In this document: in pieces, positions 39,162 through 48,712 of the stretch
How positions within the stretch are numbered: the first letter of the stretch is position 1
How the letters are laid out: each line of letters opens with the position of its first letter
NCBI GenBank assembly: GCA_032128375.1
Contig: JAQBGU010000209.1
Span: 1 to 64,000 of the forward strand
Length of the DNA: 64,000 nucleotides
Source of the DNA: Deltaproteobacteria bacterium
GTDB taxonomy: Bacteria > Myxococcota_A > UBA9160 > SMWR01
Reading direction: 5' to 3'
Notes under the pieces: model-generated
What the model was told of the DNA's origin: nothing
The model's input: the letters and a program-made list of their open reading frames with translations, nothing else
Database searches by the model: none
Made by a program: the position numbers and the translations under genes

Positions 39162-40150
39162 TTCGGAGCCCTGTTCGGGGCCAGCGTCTCAGCTGTCGTC
39201 TCGATCCCGAACAGCGTAAGCGCGTTCGGCAGCGACTCGATGCGCGCGGGTAGGGTTCCGAGTGGTTCGCCGTCGATATCCAGCCGGACACGTCCCGGCT
39301 CAGCATAGGCTTCGATTGTCGTTCCGCGCGCCGTTACGTTGATCGGATCGTTCACGTGCGAACCGCGGTACAGACTCGGAAGCTGCGCGGCCAGGCGAAG
39401 TTTCGATCGATCAGGGACAACGACCAGATCCAGCTTTCCGTCATCGAGTTCGGCATCCGGCGCCACTTTCATGCCCCCTCCAAAGAACTGTCCGTTTGCC
39501 GCCGCGGCAAACACCAATCCCCCCTCGAAAACAGGCTTCCCGTCCACGCGAATCGACACGTGTTCGCTCCGGTACCGCGAAAGCGCGCGAAGCGTTCCGA
39601 GCAAGAATGCTATGCGGCCGCCAAATGCTTTACTGGACCGATTGACCAATTCATCGACGAGCCCGCTGAGCCCGAAGCTCGCAACGTTGGCAAAGTAGCT
39701 CGTTGCTTCCCGATCGGCTCCGCTCGCTGCGGCTCCCATTGCGTCTGCCGGGCCGACACGGAAGGTGATGCGGCCCGCATCGATCGTGCGGGTTCTGCCG
39801 GTTCTGAGCGCGGCGATCGCCGTGTCGAGGTCGCCAGAACCGCCGAGCGCGCGCGCGAAGTCTCCGCCGGTCCCGAGCGGCAGCACTGCAAGCTGCGCGT
39901 AGCGGCCGAGCTTGGCGGACAACAGTCCGGTGACGACTTCGCTGAGGGTTCCGTCCCCGCCCGCGACCACCAAGCGGTCCACCCCGGAGCGCACCGCTTC
40001 TTTGGCGATGCGCTCGGCATCGCGATCGGATCGGGTCCGCTCGAGTTCGAACGGACCAAGTGCCGCGCGAAGCTTGGGCTCGAGCTCGGGCCAGCGGCGC
40101 TGCGTCCTACCGCTTCGGGGGTTCAGGATCACCAAGGTGCGACTGCCCAT
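39158..40150 (-). CDS. Diacylglycerol/lipid kinase family protein (DAGK/YegS/sphingosine kinase-like)
   Basis: NPRSG, GGDGT, PLGTGGDF, NGQFFGGG, DIDGE. Confidence 0.93.
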   Translation of the reverse strand: MGSRTLVILNPRSGRTQRRWPELEPKLRAALGPFELERTRSDRDAERIAKEAVRSGVDRLVVAGGDGTLSEVVTGLLSAKLGRYAQLAVLPLGTGGDFARALGGSGDLDTAIAALRTGRTRTIDAGRITFRVGPADAMGAAASGADREATSYFANVASFGLSGLVDELVNRSSKAFGGRIAFLLGTLRALSRYRSEHVSIRVDGKPVFEGGLVFAAAANGQFFGGGMKVAPDAELDDGKLDLVVVPDRSKLRLAAQLPSLYRGSHVNDPINVTARGTTIEAYAEPGRVRLDIDGEPLGTLPARIESLPNALTLFGIETTAETLAPNRAPK

Positions 40151-40153
40151 CGG

Positions 40154-41560
40154 CTAGCGAAGTTCTGCCAACAAGTGGGCGGCGGCAGCCGCGGCTTTTC
40201 GGAAATCATCCAGATTGAGGCTCTCGTTTTCGCCGTGCGCATTGCATGGCGGATCTTCCAGTCCCAGTAGAAGTGCGGGGATTCCCCCTAATACTTGGCT
40301 AAATGGGCCCACGAACGGGATGGATCCGCCGCAACCAATGATGACCGGCTCTCGACCGAAACCTGCGGCCAGTGCCCGACGCGCTGCATCAAATGCTGGA
40401 CCAACGGGTTGTGTCAGCCAGCCAGGTACGGCGGTCGCGGACTCGACTTCGACCTGTACCCCGAACGGCGGGTCGGTCTTCAAGAAATTCATGACGGTCT
40501 TCGCGACGCGATCGGCATCCTGGCCCGGCGCCAGCCGAACGCCCACACGCGCCCGCGCGACCGCGATCAGCTGGTTGGCCGCGGTGGCCAGCGGCATTCC
40601 CTCGATCGCGGTGATTGCGAGCGATGGCCTCCGCCAGATTCGCTCGTAGACCGAGAAGCGCCGGTCGCCGGCGAAAGGCGCATTGGATCGCAGACCCGCG
40701 TCCATGCGGAATTTCGCCTGATCGAAAGGCAGCGCGTCGATCGCGGCGCGCTCTTGCCGTGTCAGCTCGGGTACGTCGTCGAGCAGACCGGGCACCGCGA
40801 TCTCGCCGGTCGCGTCGATCAAGCGGGCCAAAAGACACGCGAGCGCGGTCGCTGCGTCTGGGACCGGCCCGCCCCACATCCCGCTGTGGATGGGATGATC
40901 GAGCGCTCTGACTGTCACCTCGATCGTGACCAGTCCGCGCAGGCTCGTCGTCAAAGAGGGCAGGCCTGTTTCCAGATTCGCTGTATCCGACAGGATCAGT
41001 ACATCTGCATCGAATCTGTGTCGGTGTGCACTGAGAAACTCAGCGAGGTGCTCGGAGCCGATTTCTTCTTCACCTTCGATGATCAATTTCACATTGATTG
41101 GAAGCGATCCAGTCGCCTCGAGCCAGGCGCGAAGCGCGGCAGCGTGCAGCAGGATACCGGCCTTGTCGTCGACCACGCCGCGTCCGTAGAGACGACCGTC
41201 GGAGCGAATGGTCGGCTCGAAGGCGGGGCTCTCCCAGTATTCCGGGCGACCGGGCGGCTGCACGTCGTGATGGGCATAGATCAGCGCGGTGGGCGCGTCT
41301 GGTCCCGCATCCAACCAGTCGGCGACCACATAGGGATGTGCGCCATCGAGCCGGAGGATCTCGACGCCCCGCAGACCGACATCGTCCAACAATTCCGCTG
41401 TGTGAACTGCGGAGCGTTCGACCTCGGCGGGGTCGAAACCCGCCGCCGACACGCCGGGAATTCGAGCCAGCTCGATCAACTCGTCGATGGTGGCGTCGAA
41501 GCGTCCTTGGATCGCATCGAGGACTGCTGCAGGTGCCGGCACGGCCGCGCAGCGTAGCAC
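40154..41560 (-). CDS. M20/M25/M40 family metallo-dipeptidase; start uncertain
   Basis: YAHHDVQP, GRGVVDDKAG, EGEEEIGS, HSG, GGSIP, HGENE. Confidence 0.93.
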   Translation of the reverse strand: MLRCAAVPAPAAVLDAIQGRFDATIDELIELARIPGVSAAGFDPAEVERSAVHTAELLDDVGLRGVEILRLDGAHPYVVADWLDAGPDAPTALIYAHHDVQPPGRPEYWESPAFEPTIRSDGRLYGRGVVDDKAGILLHAAALRAWLEATGSLPINVKLIIEGEEEIGSEHLAEFLSAHRHRFDADVLILSDTANLETGLPSLTTSLRGLVTIEVTVRALDHPIHSGMWGGPVPDAATALACLLARLIDATGEIAVPGLLDDVPELTRQERAAIDALPFDQAKFRMDAGLRSNAPFAGDRRFSVYERIWRRPSLAITAIEGMPLATAANQLIAVARARVGVRLAPGQDADRVAKTVMNFLKTDPPFGVQVEVESATAVPGWLTQPVGPAFDAARRALAAGFGREPVIIGCGGSIPFVGPFSQVLGGIPALLLGLEDPPCNAHGENESLNLDDFRKAAAAAAHLLAELR

Positions 41561-41604
41561 GCAGCCCGCTCGCGAATCGGTCTCGAACAGCGCATTCTTC
41601 CGGC

Positions 41605-42489
41605 ATGATCGAAACGGAGAAACGACTCGTGAAACAACCGAAGATTCGCCGGGTGGCTGGCGCCGATGGGATCACACTGAATCTGCTCGAATGGAGTGCC
41701 GACGGGATTTCGCTGCTGTTATTACACGGCTTCGGCAACGAGGCACACATTTGGGACGACTACGCACCCGAAGTCGCACCCTGCTACGCGACGATTGCGC
41801 TCGACCACCGCGGTCACGGTGACTCTGATTGGGATCCACAGGGCCGCTACGGCCACAACGACATGGTCCGCGATGTCGAGGCGGCCACCGAAGCGCTGGG
41901 GATCGATCGCCTGGTGGTGATCGGGCACTCACTCGGGGGACGCATCGCGACGATCTTTGCCGGACGCAATCCAGAGCGGCTCGCCGGGCTCGTCATCGTC
42001 GACATCGGTCCCGAAGTCGACGCGCGTGGCACCACTCGGATCCGCCAGGACATCGAATCGAATCAAACCCCCAGTTTTGCCAACGTCGAGCAGTACGCCG
42101 CGGCTCTATCGCTCGCCTACCCGGCCGCCAGGCCTCACACGCTGATGAGAATGGCCCGCCACGGCCTGCGAGAAAGCGAGGACGGCAAGCTGGTACTGAA
42201 GATCGACCCTGCGCTTCGCGGAGTCATTTCCCAAGGTACGCCGAGTGTCATCGAAGCAGACGTCACCTCTCCCGAAGCACAATGGGAAGCGCTGGGAAAG
42301 ATCACGTGCCCGACGCTGGTGGTGCGCGGTGCCGCATCGGACATACTTTCGCCGGAGATCGCCGACAAGATGGTGGATGAAGTATTGGCGAACGGAAAAC
42401 TCGCGGTTGTTGCCCAGGCCGGACACTCCGTGATGACCGACAACCCGGACGGTTTCCGGGACGCGGTCAACGAATTCGTGCTGGCGTGA
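41605..42489 (+). CDS. Alpha/beta hydrolase
   Basis: LHGFG, DHRGHGDS, GHSLGG, RGAASD, AGHSV. Confidence 0.92.
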   Translation: MIETEKRLVKQPKIRRVAGADGITLNLLEWSADGISLLLLHGFGNEAHIWDDYAPEVAPCYATIALDHRGHGDSDWDPQGRYGHNDMVRDVEAATEALGIDRLVVIGHSLGGRIATIFAGRNPERLAGLVIVDIGPEVDARGTTRIRQDIESNQTPSFANVEQYAAALSLAYPAARPHTLMRMARHGLRESEDGKLVLKIDPALRGVISQGTPSVIEADVTSPEAQWEALGKITCPTLVVRGAASDILSPEIADKMVDEVLANGKLAVVAQAGHSVMTDNPDGFRDAVNEFVLA

Positions 42490-42499
42490 TCAGAATGGG

Positions 42500-45205
42500 T
42501 TAGGCGGCCCGTTCGACCGAGTTGACCAGCTTCGGCCGGCCCGGGCGAAGGGGGATCAGCGCGGGCAACACGATCAGGTTGCACACAATCGTAAAGCCGA
42601 CCCCCAACGTCAGCAGCTGGCCGAGCGTCGCCATGCCCAAGTGAGTCGCGAATCCCAGGCTGCCGAAACTCGCGATCGTCGTCATCGCGCTGAACGCTAC
42701 CGCGCGCGCCGTACTCGTCCTCAGCAGATTCGAATCGCCGGGAGCGCCCACACGGGCGCGGTGTACCAAATGAATGCCGCTATCGACACCAATGCCGAGC
42801 AACAACGGCAGCACGATCACATCCGCAAAGTTGAACGGAATGTCAAACAATACCGCTGCGGCAACGGTCAACGCAGAGGCCAATAGCAGCGGGATCAACA
42901 CGAGCGCGGTGTCGTCGATGCGCCTCCACAAGAACAACAAGAAGGCGGTGATCACGATGAAGGCGGATACCAGCGCCTCGGTCAACGCGGCAACGACTGC
43001 TTGCCCGGATGCCAGGATTTCGGATGCGGAGCCAGCCACTTCGGGCGTAATCGTTTGGACGTTCTCCACGAACGCGGCCAGCGCAGCGTGATCGTTGAGA
43101 TCCTCGCGGGGATAAATTTGAATTCGCACGCGACCGTCGGAGGTGATCATCCGTTCGAGGATCGCCTCGGGAAGTTTTTCGAGCGTAACGTGGCCCGCAT
43201 CGAGTGCTTCGTCGAGTGTTCGGAGCTGTTCCGGAAGCGTGCCGAGCACGCTGTCCTCGAGCGCTGCAATTTCGCTTTCCGCATCACGCGAGGAGGCGAT
43301 CCGATCGAGGTAGCTGCCGAGCGCGGTATGCAGCTTCGCTGCGCTGGTCACGAGGGGGCCATCTGAGGATTCTTCGAGCAGACGTTCCATTTCCCGGTCG
43401 AGATCTTCGAGTCCAGCGATCTGCTCGGCGAGCTCGGGTGATGGAACGCGGCCGTCCGGCCCCGGCGGCGGCGCCAGAAACATCGCGACGTCCTCGATGA
43501 TCCCCAGCTTCTGTTCCTGGTCGGATGGTACATAGTCGGCAACTGTGACGACCCGCTCCACCACATCGAGGCCGCGCAACCGCTCAGCGAGCAACTCGGC
43601 AGACTCGAGGCTCGGGGCCACCGCGTTCAGCGTCCACGGCGACGAGCTGCCCTTCTCGAGAAGTTCATTGAACGTCCGGACCGATTCGCTGGACGGATCG
43701 CGCACGTTGAGCGGATTGTTGTCGAACCGCGCTCGCGGCAACAGCACCATCGCACACAAACCCATCAGCAAGGCTGTGCTGCGCACCGCTCGCGGATGGC
43801 GGATCGGCAGACTCACCAGTCCCCCACCAGACCAGACGACCGAGGCGACGACGCCCCGACCGGCTGGAACCGGCGGCAAGCTCATCAGCGCCGGCAGCAG
43901 CGTGAGCGAACAAAACAGACTGACGAACATCCCGACGCCGGAGATCAGCCCGAGTTCTGCGACTCCTACGAAATCCGTAGGAACGAACGCAAAGAAACCG
44001 ATCGCCGTGGTGATCGCACAAATGAATATCGAGCTGCCGACGTCGCGAGCGGTCTCTGACAACGCCTCGTCGTGCTCGCGGCCGCTGGCCATCAATTCGC
44101 GGTATCGAATGCAGATGTGAATACCGAAGTCCACACCGAGTCCAATAAACAAGACCGCGAAAGTCACCGAGATCATATTGAGGTGACCGATTGCTACGGC
44201 CGCGAAGCCGGCGGTCCAGACCAGCCCAACGACGAGTGTGACCAGCGTCGAAAGAACGAGATGAATCGAGCGGAGTCCCAGCATCAGGATCACCGCCACC
44301 ATCACCAACGACGCGACACCGGCGGCGCCGGCTTGCGCGCTAACGGTTTGCATCTCCTCGAACGACAGCGCGACGTCACCGGTGATCCGGACCGTCACGT
44401 CAGAATCGCCTGTGAACCCGAGATCTCGGGCGATCTCGCGGACCGCCAGGATGGATCGTTTGGCGGGTTGCAGCTCGTTGAACTCGAGCACAGGTTGTAC
44501 GAGCAGGAAACGCCTGCGCGAATCGACATCGAAGTCTCTCTGGGCGAGCACTTCAGCCCACGACAACGAAAACGGCCGACCCTCGAGCCGTGCGGCAATC
44601 GCATCGGCGACTCGGTCGAACAGCGATCGCAGCTGGTCGCTGGTTACGTCGCCTTCGCGCACCGCGCGCCCACCGCGCGCCATCATCGAAGCCAGACCGC
44701 GAAGTGTCCCGTCACGAGAGAGCTCGGCCAGGTACGGTTGGGCGCCCGCCAAGTTATCTGCGAGGTCTTCGAGTTCCTCGGTTTCCAGATACAGGAAAGC
44801 GTGGTTCTCGAAAAATTCCCCGCCGCCGGGCAGGTAAGCGCCATGAAACAGCCGCGGCTCGGCCTCCAGCCGGGCTGCCAATGCCGCTGCCGCCTCACCT
44901 GCGCGTTCGGGCGTCGCCGCGTCGACCACGACGAACATGTTCTCGTACAAGATGGGAAACGCATCGTGGTATTGGCGTTCGATCCGCTTGAACGGAAGGT
45001 CTTGCGAGAACAACGACTCCGTATCGCCGTGGACACCCAAATGGCCAGAGATATAGAATACGATGCCGATCGTCAGCAGCAGCATGCCCACGGTCACCCA
45101 GACCGCGAATCGGCTCACCACATTCACCCACGCCGCGAGCCCTCGCCCGATTGCGTCCTCTATCGAACCTTTCACAGTCGACGCGTCTCCCGGAGACCGG
45201 CGCAT
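42500..45205 (-). CDS. MMPL/RND lipid exporter, HpnN-like
   Basis: ~900 aa with two TM blocks; LFIGLGVDFGIH and LLLGIGVDSGIH; PTDFVGVAELG; RDPSSESVRT. Confidence 0.9.
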   Translation of the reverse strand: MRRSPGDASTVKGSIEDAIGRGLAAWVNVVSRFAVWVTVGMLLLTIGIVFYISGHLGVHGDTESLFSQDLPFKRIERQYHDAFPILYENMFVVVDAATPERAGEAAAALAARLEAEPRLFHGAYLPGGGEFFENHAFLYLETEELEDLADNLAGAQPYLAELSRDGTLRGLASMMARGGRAVREGDVTSDQLRSLFDRVADAIAARLEGRPFSLSWAEVLAQRDFDVDSRRRFLLVQPVLEFNELQPAKRSILAVREIARDLGFTGDSDVTVRITGDVALSFEEMQTVSAQAGAAGVASLVMVAVILMLGLRSIHLVLSTLVTLVVGLVWTAGFAAVAIGHLNMISVTFAVLFIGLGVDFGIHICIRYRELMASGREHDEALSETARDVGSSIFICAITTAIGFFAFVPTDFVGVAELGLISGVGMFVSLFCSLTLLPALMSLPPVPAGRGVVASVVWSGGGLVSLPIRHPRAVRSTALLMGLCAMVLLPRARFDNNPLNVRDPSSESVRTFNELLEKGSSSPWTLNAVAPSLESAELLAERLRGLDVVERVVTVADYVPSDQEQKLGIIEDVAMFLAPPPGPDGRVPSPELAEQIAGLEDLDREMERLLEESSDGPLVTSAAKLHTALGSYLDRIASSRDAESEIAALEDSVLGTLPEQLRTLDEALDAGHVTLEKLPEAILERMITSDGRVRIQIYPREDLNDHAALAAFVENVQTITPEVAGSASEILASGQAVVAALTEALVSAFIVITAFLLFLWRRIDDTALVLIPLLLASALTVAAAVLFDIPFNFADVIVLPLLLGIGVDSGIHLVHRARVGAPGDSNLLRTSTARAVAFSAMTTIASFGSLGFATHLGMATLGQLLTLGVGFTIVCNLIVLPALIPLRPGRPKLVNSVERAA

Positions 45206-45402
45206 TTGTGTGACATCGGCGAACCAAGTTGGAATAGGGGGTACCGGAGTCTACCCGATGATGGCCGACTGGTCTTCGGATCCGTAGACTCATCTCCAAC
45301 AGTCACAGCGGGCCAAGACACAGAGTCGGGAGCGAGCGCGTTGCTGGACCGCCCCTGACCGGGACTCGACAAGCCGAGCGTACGAAACGGTAGGAGAAAT
45401 TC

Positions 45403-46065
45403 GTGGGTCAGCTAACGAACGAGCGCGATGCTTACCTTGCCGGCCTTGCCGTATGTGTGTCGTTGGCGTTGGGGGTAGCGGGAGTCTCGTCCGCCGACCA
45501 GGCGGGCCCCACAAAGCAGCCCGGCGAAATCGTCGACTCGCTGCACAACGAACTGCTCGGTGTGATGAAGGAAGCTGACACGCTCGGCTACAAAGGTCGC
45601 TTTTCGCGTCTGAAACCCGTGCTCGACGAACTGTTTGATATCCCGTTCATGGCCAAAAAGTCCGTCGGTCGCCACTGGAAGACCATCGATGATCAGCAGC
45701 AGGCGCGCTTGTTGGCGACCTTCGAGCGCTTTACCGTCGCCAACTACGCTGGACGCTTCTCCGATTACTCGGACCAGTACTTCGAAACGCTCAAGGTCGC
45801 TGAGTCGACCCACGGGACGTTTCTTGTGAACACCAAACTCGTCACGCCGAATGGCGAAACCGTGCAGCTCAATTACCGGCTCCGGCCGGTCGACGACAGT
45901 TGGCGCATCATCGACGTCTATTTGAACGGAACAGTCAGCGAGCTGGCGCTTCGCCGATCGGAGTATTCTTCGCTGATTCAGCGGGAAGGTTTTGATGCGC
46001 TCCTGACAGCTCTCGACGAACGCATCTCGGATCTCGAGTCAGAGAGTTCAGAGAGCCCTTCTTAG
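45403..46065 (+). CDS. MlaC/Ttg2D/HpnM-family periplasmic lipid-binding protein
   Basis: Signal peptide; FDIPFMAKKSVGRHW; LNYRL...WRIIDVYLNGTVSELALRRSEYSS. Confidence 0.9.
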   Translation: MGQLTNERDAYLAGLAVCVSLALGVAGVSSADQAGPTKQPGEIVDSLHNELLGVMKEADTLGYKGRFSRLKPVLDELFDIPFMAKKSVGRHWKTIDDQQQARLLATFERFTVANYAGRFSDYSDQYFETLKVAESTHGTFLVNTKLVTPNGETVQLNYRLRPVDDSWRIIDVYLNGTVSELALRRSEYSSLIQREGFDALLTALDERISDLESESSESPS

Positions 46066-46075
46066 ACCCTAGCGA

Positions 46076-46999
46076 CTATTCGAACCCGCGCGCGCTCGGC
46101 AGTTCGACTTCAGCCCTCCGATTCTGGATGTACGCGCTGCGCAGAGCTGCATAATAGTCCACTGATGACCCCTCGAGCGCCTCCATCGCTGCAGCGTTGG
46201 TCTCTAATTCAACGAAGCCGCGACCGCCACCGAGGAACAGGTTCAGACTCGGCCCCACCAGGTACGTGAGCGGTTGGAACATGATATCGACGATGCCGCC
46301 CAATCCGTCGCGCACGGTGTTGGGGCCCAGAATCGGGACCACGAGATACGGCCCAGTATCGACACCGATACGCGCAAGGGTCTGGCCGAAATCTGCCGAA
46401 TGATGTTTCCAACCGGCCTCGACGGCGACATCGAACAGACCGCCGAAACCGATCGTGGAGTTGAGCAGGAAGCGGCCCAGGGTCTCGCCGGCGTCCTTGA
46501 CGCGAAACTGCAGCAGGTCGTTGACCAAGGTCGATGGCGAATTGAGGTTGATCAAAATTCGACGCACCCCCTTGCGGGCCGGTTCGGGGACCACGAACTG
46601 GTAGCTCTTGGTAATGGGAGACAGCACCATTCGGTGCATGCCCCGATTGAATTTGAAGAGCACGCGATTCAAATTTTCGAACGGGTCGGGTACGGTCTGT
46701 TTGTCTCCGGACTCGATGGCCTCGTCGAACTCCGCATCCAGCAGCGGATCCTCGATGGTGGCGATCTCAACCACGGGTACATCAGAAGCACCGGCGGCCG
46801 GCGGGACCGGGGCGAGCGAGCCCCGTGCGGGTTCGCTCGCGACCACGGAATTCTCAGAGGCGTCGTTGGCCAGCGAGACCGGAGGGAGCGACCGCTGCGC
46901 GGGTTCCGCCGATCCGCTCTCGATCGCGCCCGCCGAGGCTAGCAGCGGGACTGCCATCAGCAGCACGAGCATCACCCAGGCCCGCAGTGCCTTACTCAT
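46076..46999 (-). CDS. mlaA: MlaA/VacJ family outer-membrane lipid asymmetry protein
   Basis: DPFENLNR, RFLLNSTIGFGGLFD, DFGQTL, GPYLVVPILGPNTVRD, DYYAALRSAYIQNR; N-terminal 24-aa imperfect duplication; no lipobox Cys. Confidence 0.92.
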   Translation of the reverse strand: MSKALRAWVMLVLLMAVPLLASAGAIESGSAEPAQRSLPPVSLANDASENSVVASEPARGSLAPVPPAAGASDVPVVEIATIEDPLLDAEFDEAIESGDKQTVPDPFENLNRVLFKFNRGMHRMVLSPITKSYQFVVPEPARKGVRRILINLNSPSTLVNDLLQFRVKDAGETLGRFLLNSTIGFGGLFDVAVEAGWKHHSADFGQTLARIGVDTGPYLVVPILGPNTVRDGLGGIVDIMFQPLTYLVGPSLNLFLGGGRGFVELETNAAAMEALEGSSVDYYAALRSAYIQNRRAEVELPSARGFE

Positions 47000-47424
47000 C
47001 AGATATTCTCCAGGCTCCAGAATAATGGAGAGGGTCTGCAGGTGAATTTGCGCAAGCGGGGAGAACTCTCACGCTGGTCGCTAGAGAGTTCCGGGAGCTT
47101 AGGGCGGGCACGCGCGCGGGTCCAGCGAATCGGGGGTCAGTCCAGCGATTCGCGTGGGTTGCTCCCCGCGGGGTCCAGATCCGGTGACATGGGTCGAATC
47201 GCTCGGTAAGCTCCGGGCCGTCGCGGCAGATATCCGACCCGGCGACAAGCAACGTGCTCCGCCCCCCAGCAAAGGACTCACTCCCACATCAAGGTACGCC
47301 GAAAAGGTACGTCGACAAGCAAGTTGCGACGTACCTGGCGGAATCGAATCAGACAGCAGGTTCGCGTTCCAGATTGGGATTTCCGGTCACAGAATCAAAA
47401 AGACAGACCTAGGAGGGCCATCGA

Positions 47425-48621
47425 GTGGACATCTTTCAGAAGTGTCGAGACTCGGCCAGCTACTACGCTCAGGTTCGCAACGAAGGAATCTACCCGTACT
47501 ACCGAACGATCTCTTCCGGACAAGATCCTGTCGTCACGGTTGGAAACGACGAACTCGTCATGCTGGGCTCGAATAACTACCTCGGGCTGACAAATCACCC
47601 CGAGGTGAAAGAGGCGGCGACGGTTGCGTTGGCAATCTACGGGACCGGCTGCGCCGGATCGCGCCTACTCAATGGCACGCTCGACCTACACTTGGAGCTC
47701 GAGGGTCGCCTCGCTGCTTTTCTGGGTCGCGAAGACGCGCTCGTGTTCTCGACCGGCTTCCAAGCAAATCTCGGCGTTCTTTCGTGTCTACTGGGACGGT
47801 CGGACATGGTGTTCCTCGATGCGCTCGATCACGCGAGCATCATCGATGGCTGTCGATTGGGATTCGCCAGACGCTACAAGTACCGCCACAACGACATGGC
47901 CGATCTGGAAAAGCGCCTCGAGAATACCTGCAACACGGGCAATGACGACAAGGCGAAGCTCATCGTCGTCGATGGCGTGTTCTCGATGGAGGGCGACCTG
48001 GCAGACCTCCCGTCGTTGGTGCGCCTGAAAAACCAGTATGGGGCCCGGTTGATGGTCGACGACGCTCACGGACTCGGCGTTTTCGGAACGCATGGGCGCG
48101 GCAGTGCTGAGCACTTCGGCGTCGAAAATGAAGTCGATCTTCTGATGGGGACGTTTTCGAAGTCGTTGGCGACCGTCGGCGGCTTCATTTGCGGCGACGC
48201 GGTGATCATCGACTACATCCGCCACGAGGCGCGGGCAGCGATCTTCTCCGCAGCGCCCCCGCCGCCCTCGGTTGCTGCGGCGATCAAAGCACTCGAAATC
48301 GTCGAGCGCGAGCCGGAGCGGCGCAAGCAGCTTTGGGAGAACACGGAATTCATGAGAAGGGAACTCACGGGACTCGGATACGACACCGGCGGCTCGCAGT
48401 CGCCTGTCATCCCGCTGGTGATCGGCGAGGATCTCGATGCATTCAAGATGACGGCCAAGCTGCAACAAGCGGGCGTCTTCGCGAACCCGGTGGTTTCCCC
48501 GGCGGTGCCACCTGGACGCTCCATGATGCGCACCTCCTATATGGCGACCCACACCATGGAGCAACTCGAACGCTCGCTCGAAGCATTCGCTTCGGTGGGC
48601 CGTGAGATGGGCATCATCTGA
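47425..48621 (+). CDS. PLP-dependent alpha-oxoamine synthase, probable serine palmitoyltransferase
   Basis: GIYPYYR, LGSNNYLGL, GTGCAGSRLLNGT, HASIIDG, DGVFSMEGD, DDAHG, GTFSKS; AGGAGG RBS before GTG. Confidence 0.85.
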   Translation: MDIFQKCRDSASYYAQVRNEGIYPYYRTISSGQDPVVTVGNDELVMLGSNNYLGLTNHPEVKEAATVALAIYGTGCAGSRLLNGTLDLHLELEGRLAAFLGREDALVFSTGFQANLGVLSCLLGRSDMVFLDALDHASIIDGCRLGFARRYKYRHNDMADLEKRLENTCNTGNDDKAKLIVVDGVFSMEGDLADLPSLVRLKNQYGARLMVDDAHGLGVFGTHGRGSAEHFGVENEVDLLMGTFSKSLATVGGFICGDAVIIDYIRHEARAAIFSAAPPPPSVAAAIKALEIVEREPERRKQLWENTEFMRRELTGLGYDTGGSQSPVIPLVIGEDLDAFKMTAKLQQAGVFANPVVSPAVPPGRSMMRTSYMATHTMEQLERSLEAFASVGREMGII

Positions 48622-48712
48622 CGCTTGGCGGGCCGAGTGGCTCACCCGAAAATTGGCGCCCAGCGCAAGGCCCCTGACGCCCTCGCCAGCGCTCAGTTCC
48701 CTGAAGCGCGCG

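Noticed and set aside
47425..48621. Calling the alpha-oxoamine synthase bioF or kbl
   Set aside because: No bio or tdh genes nearby, and the N-terminal YPY-R pattern and lipid-transport context favour SPT; symbol left blank pending phylogeny
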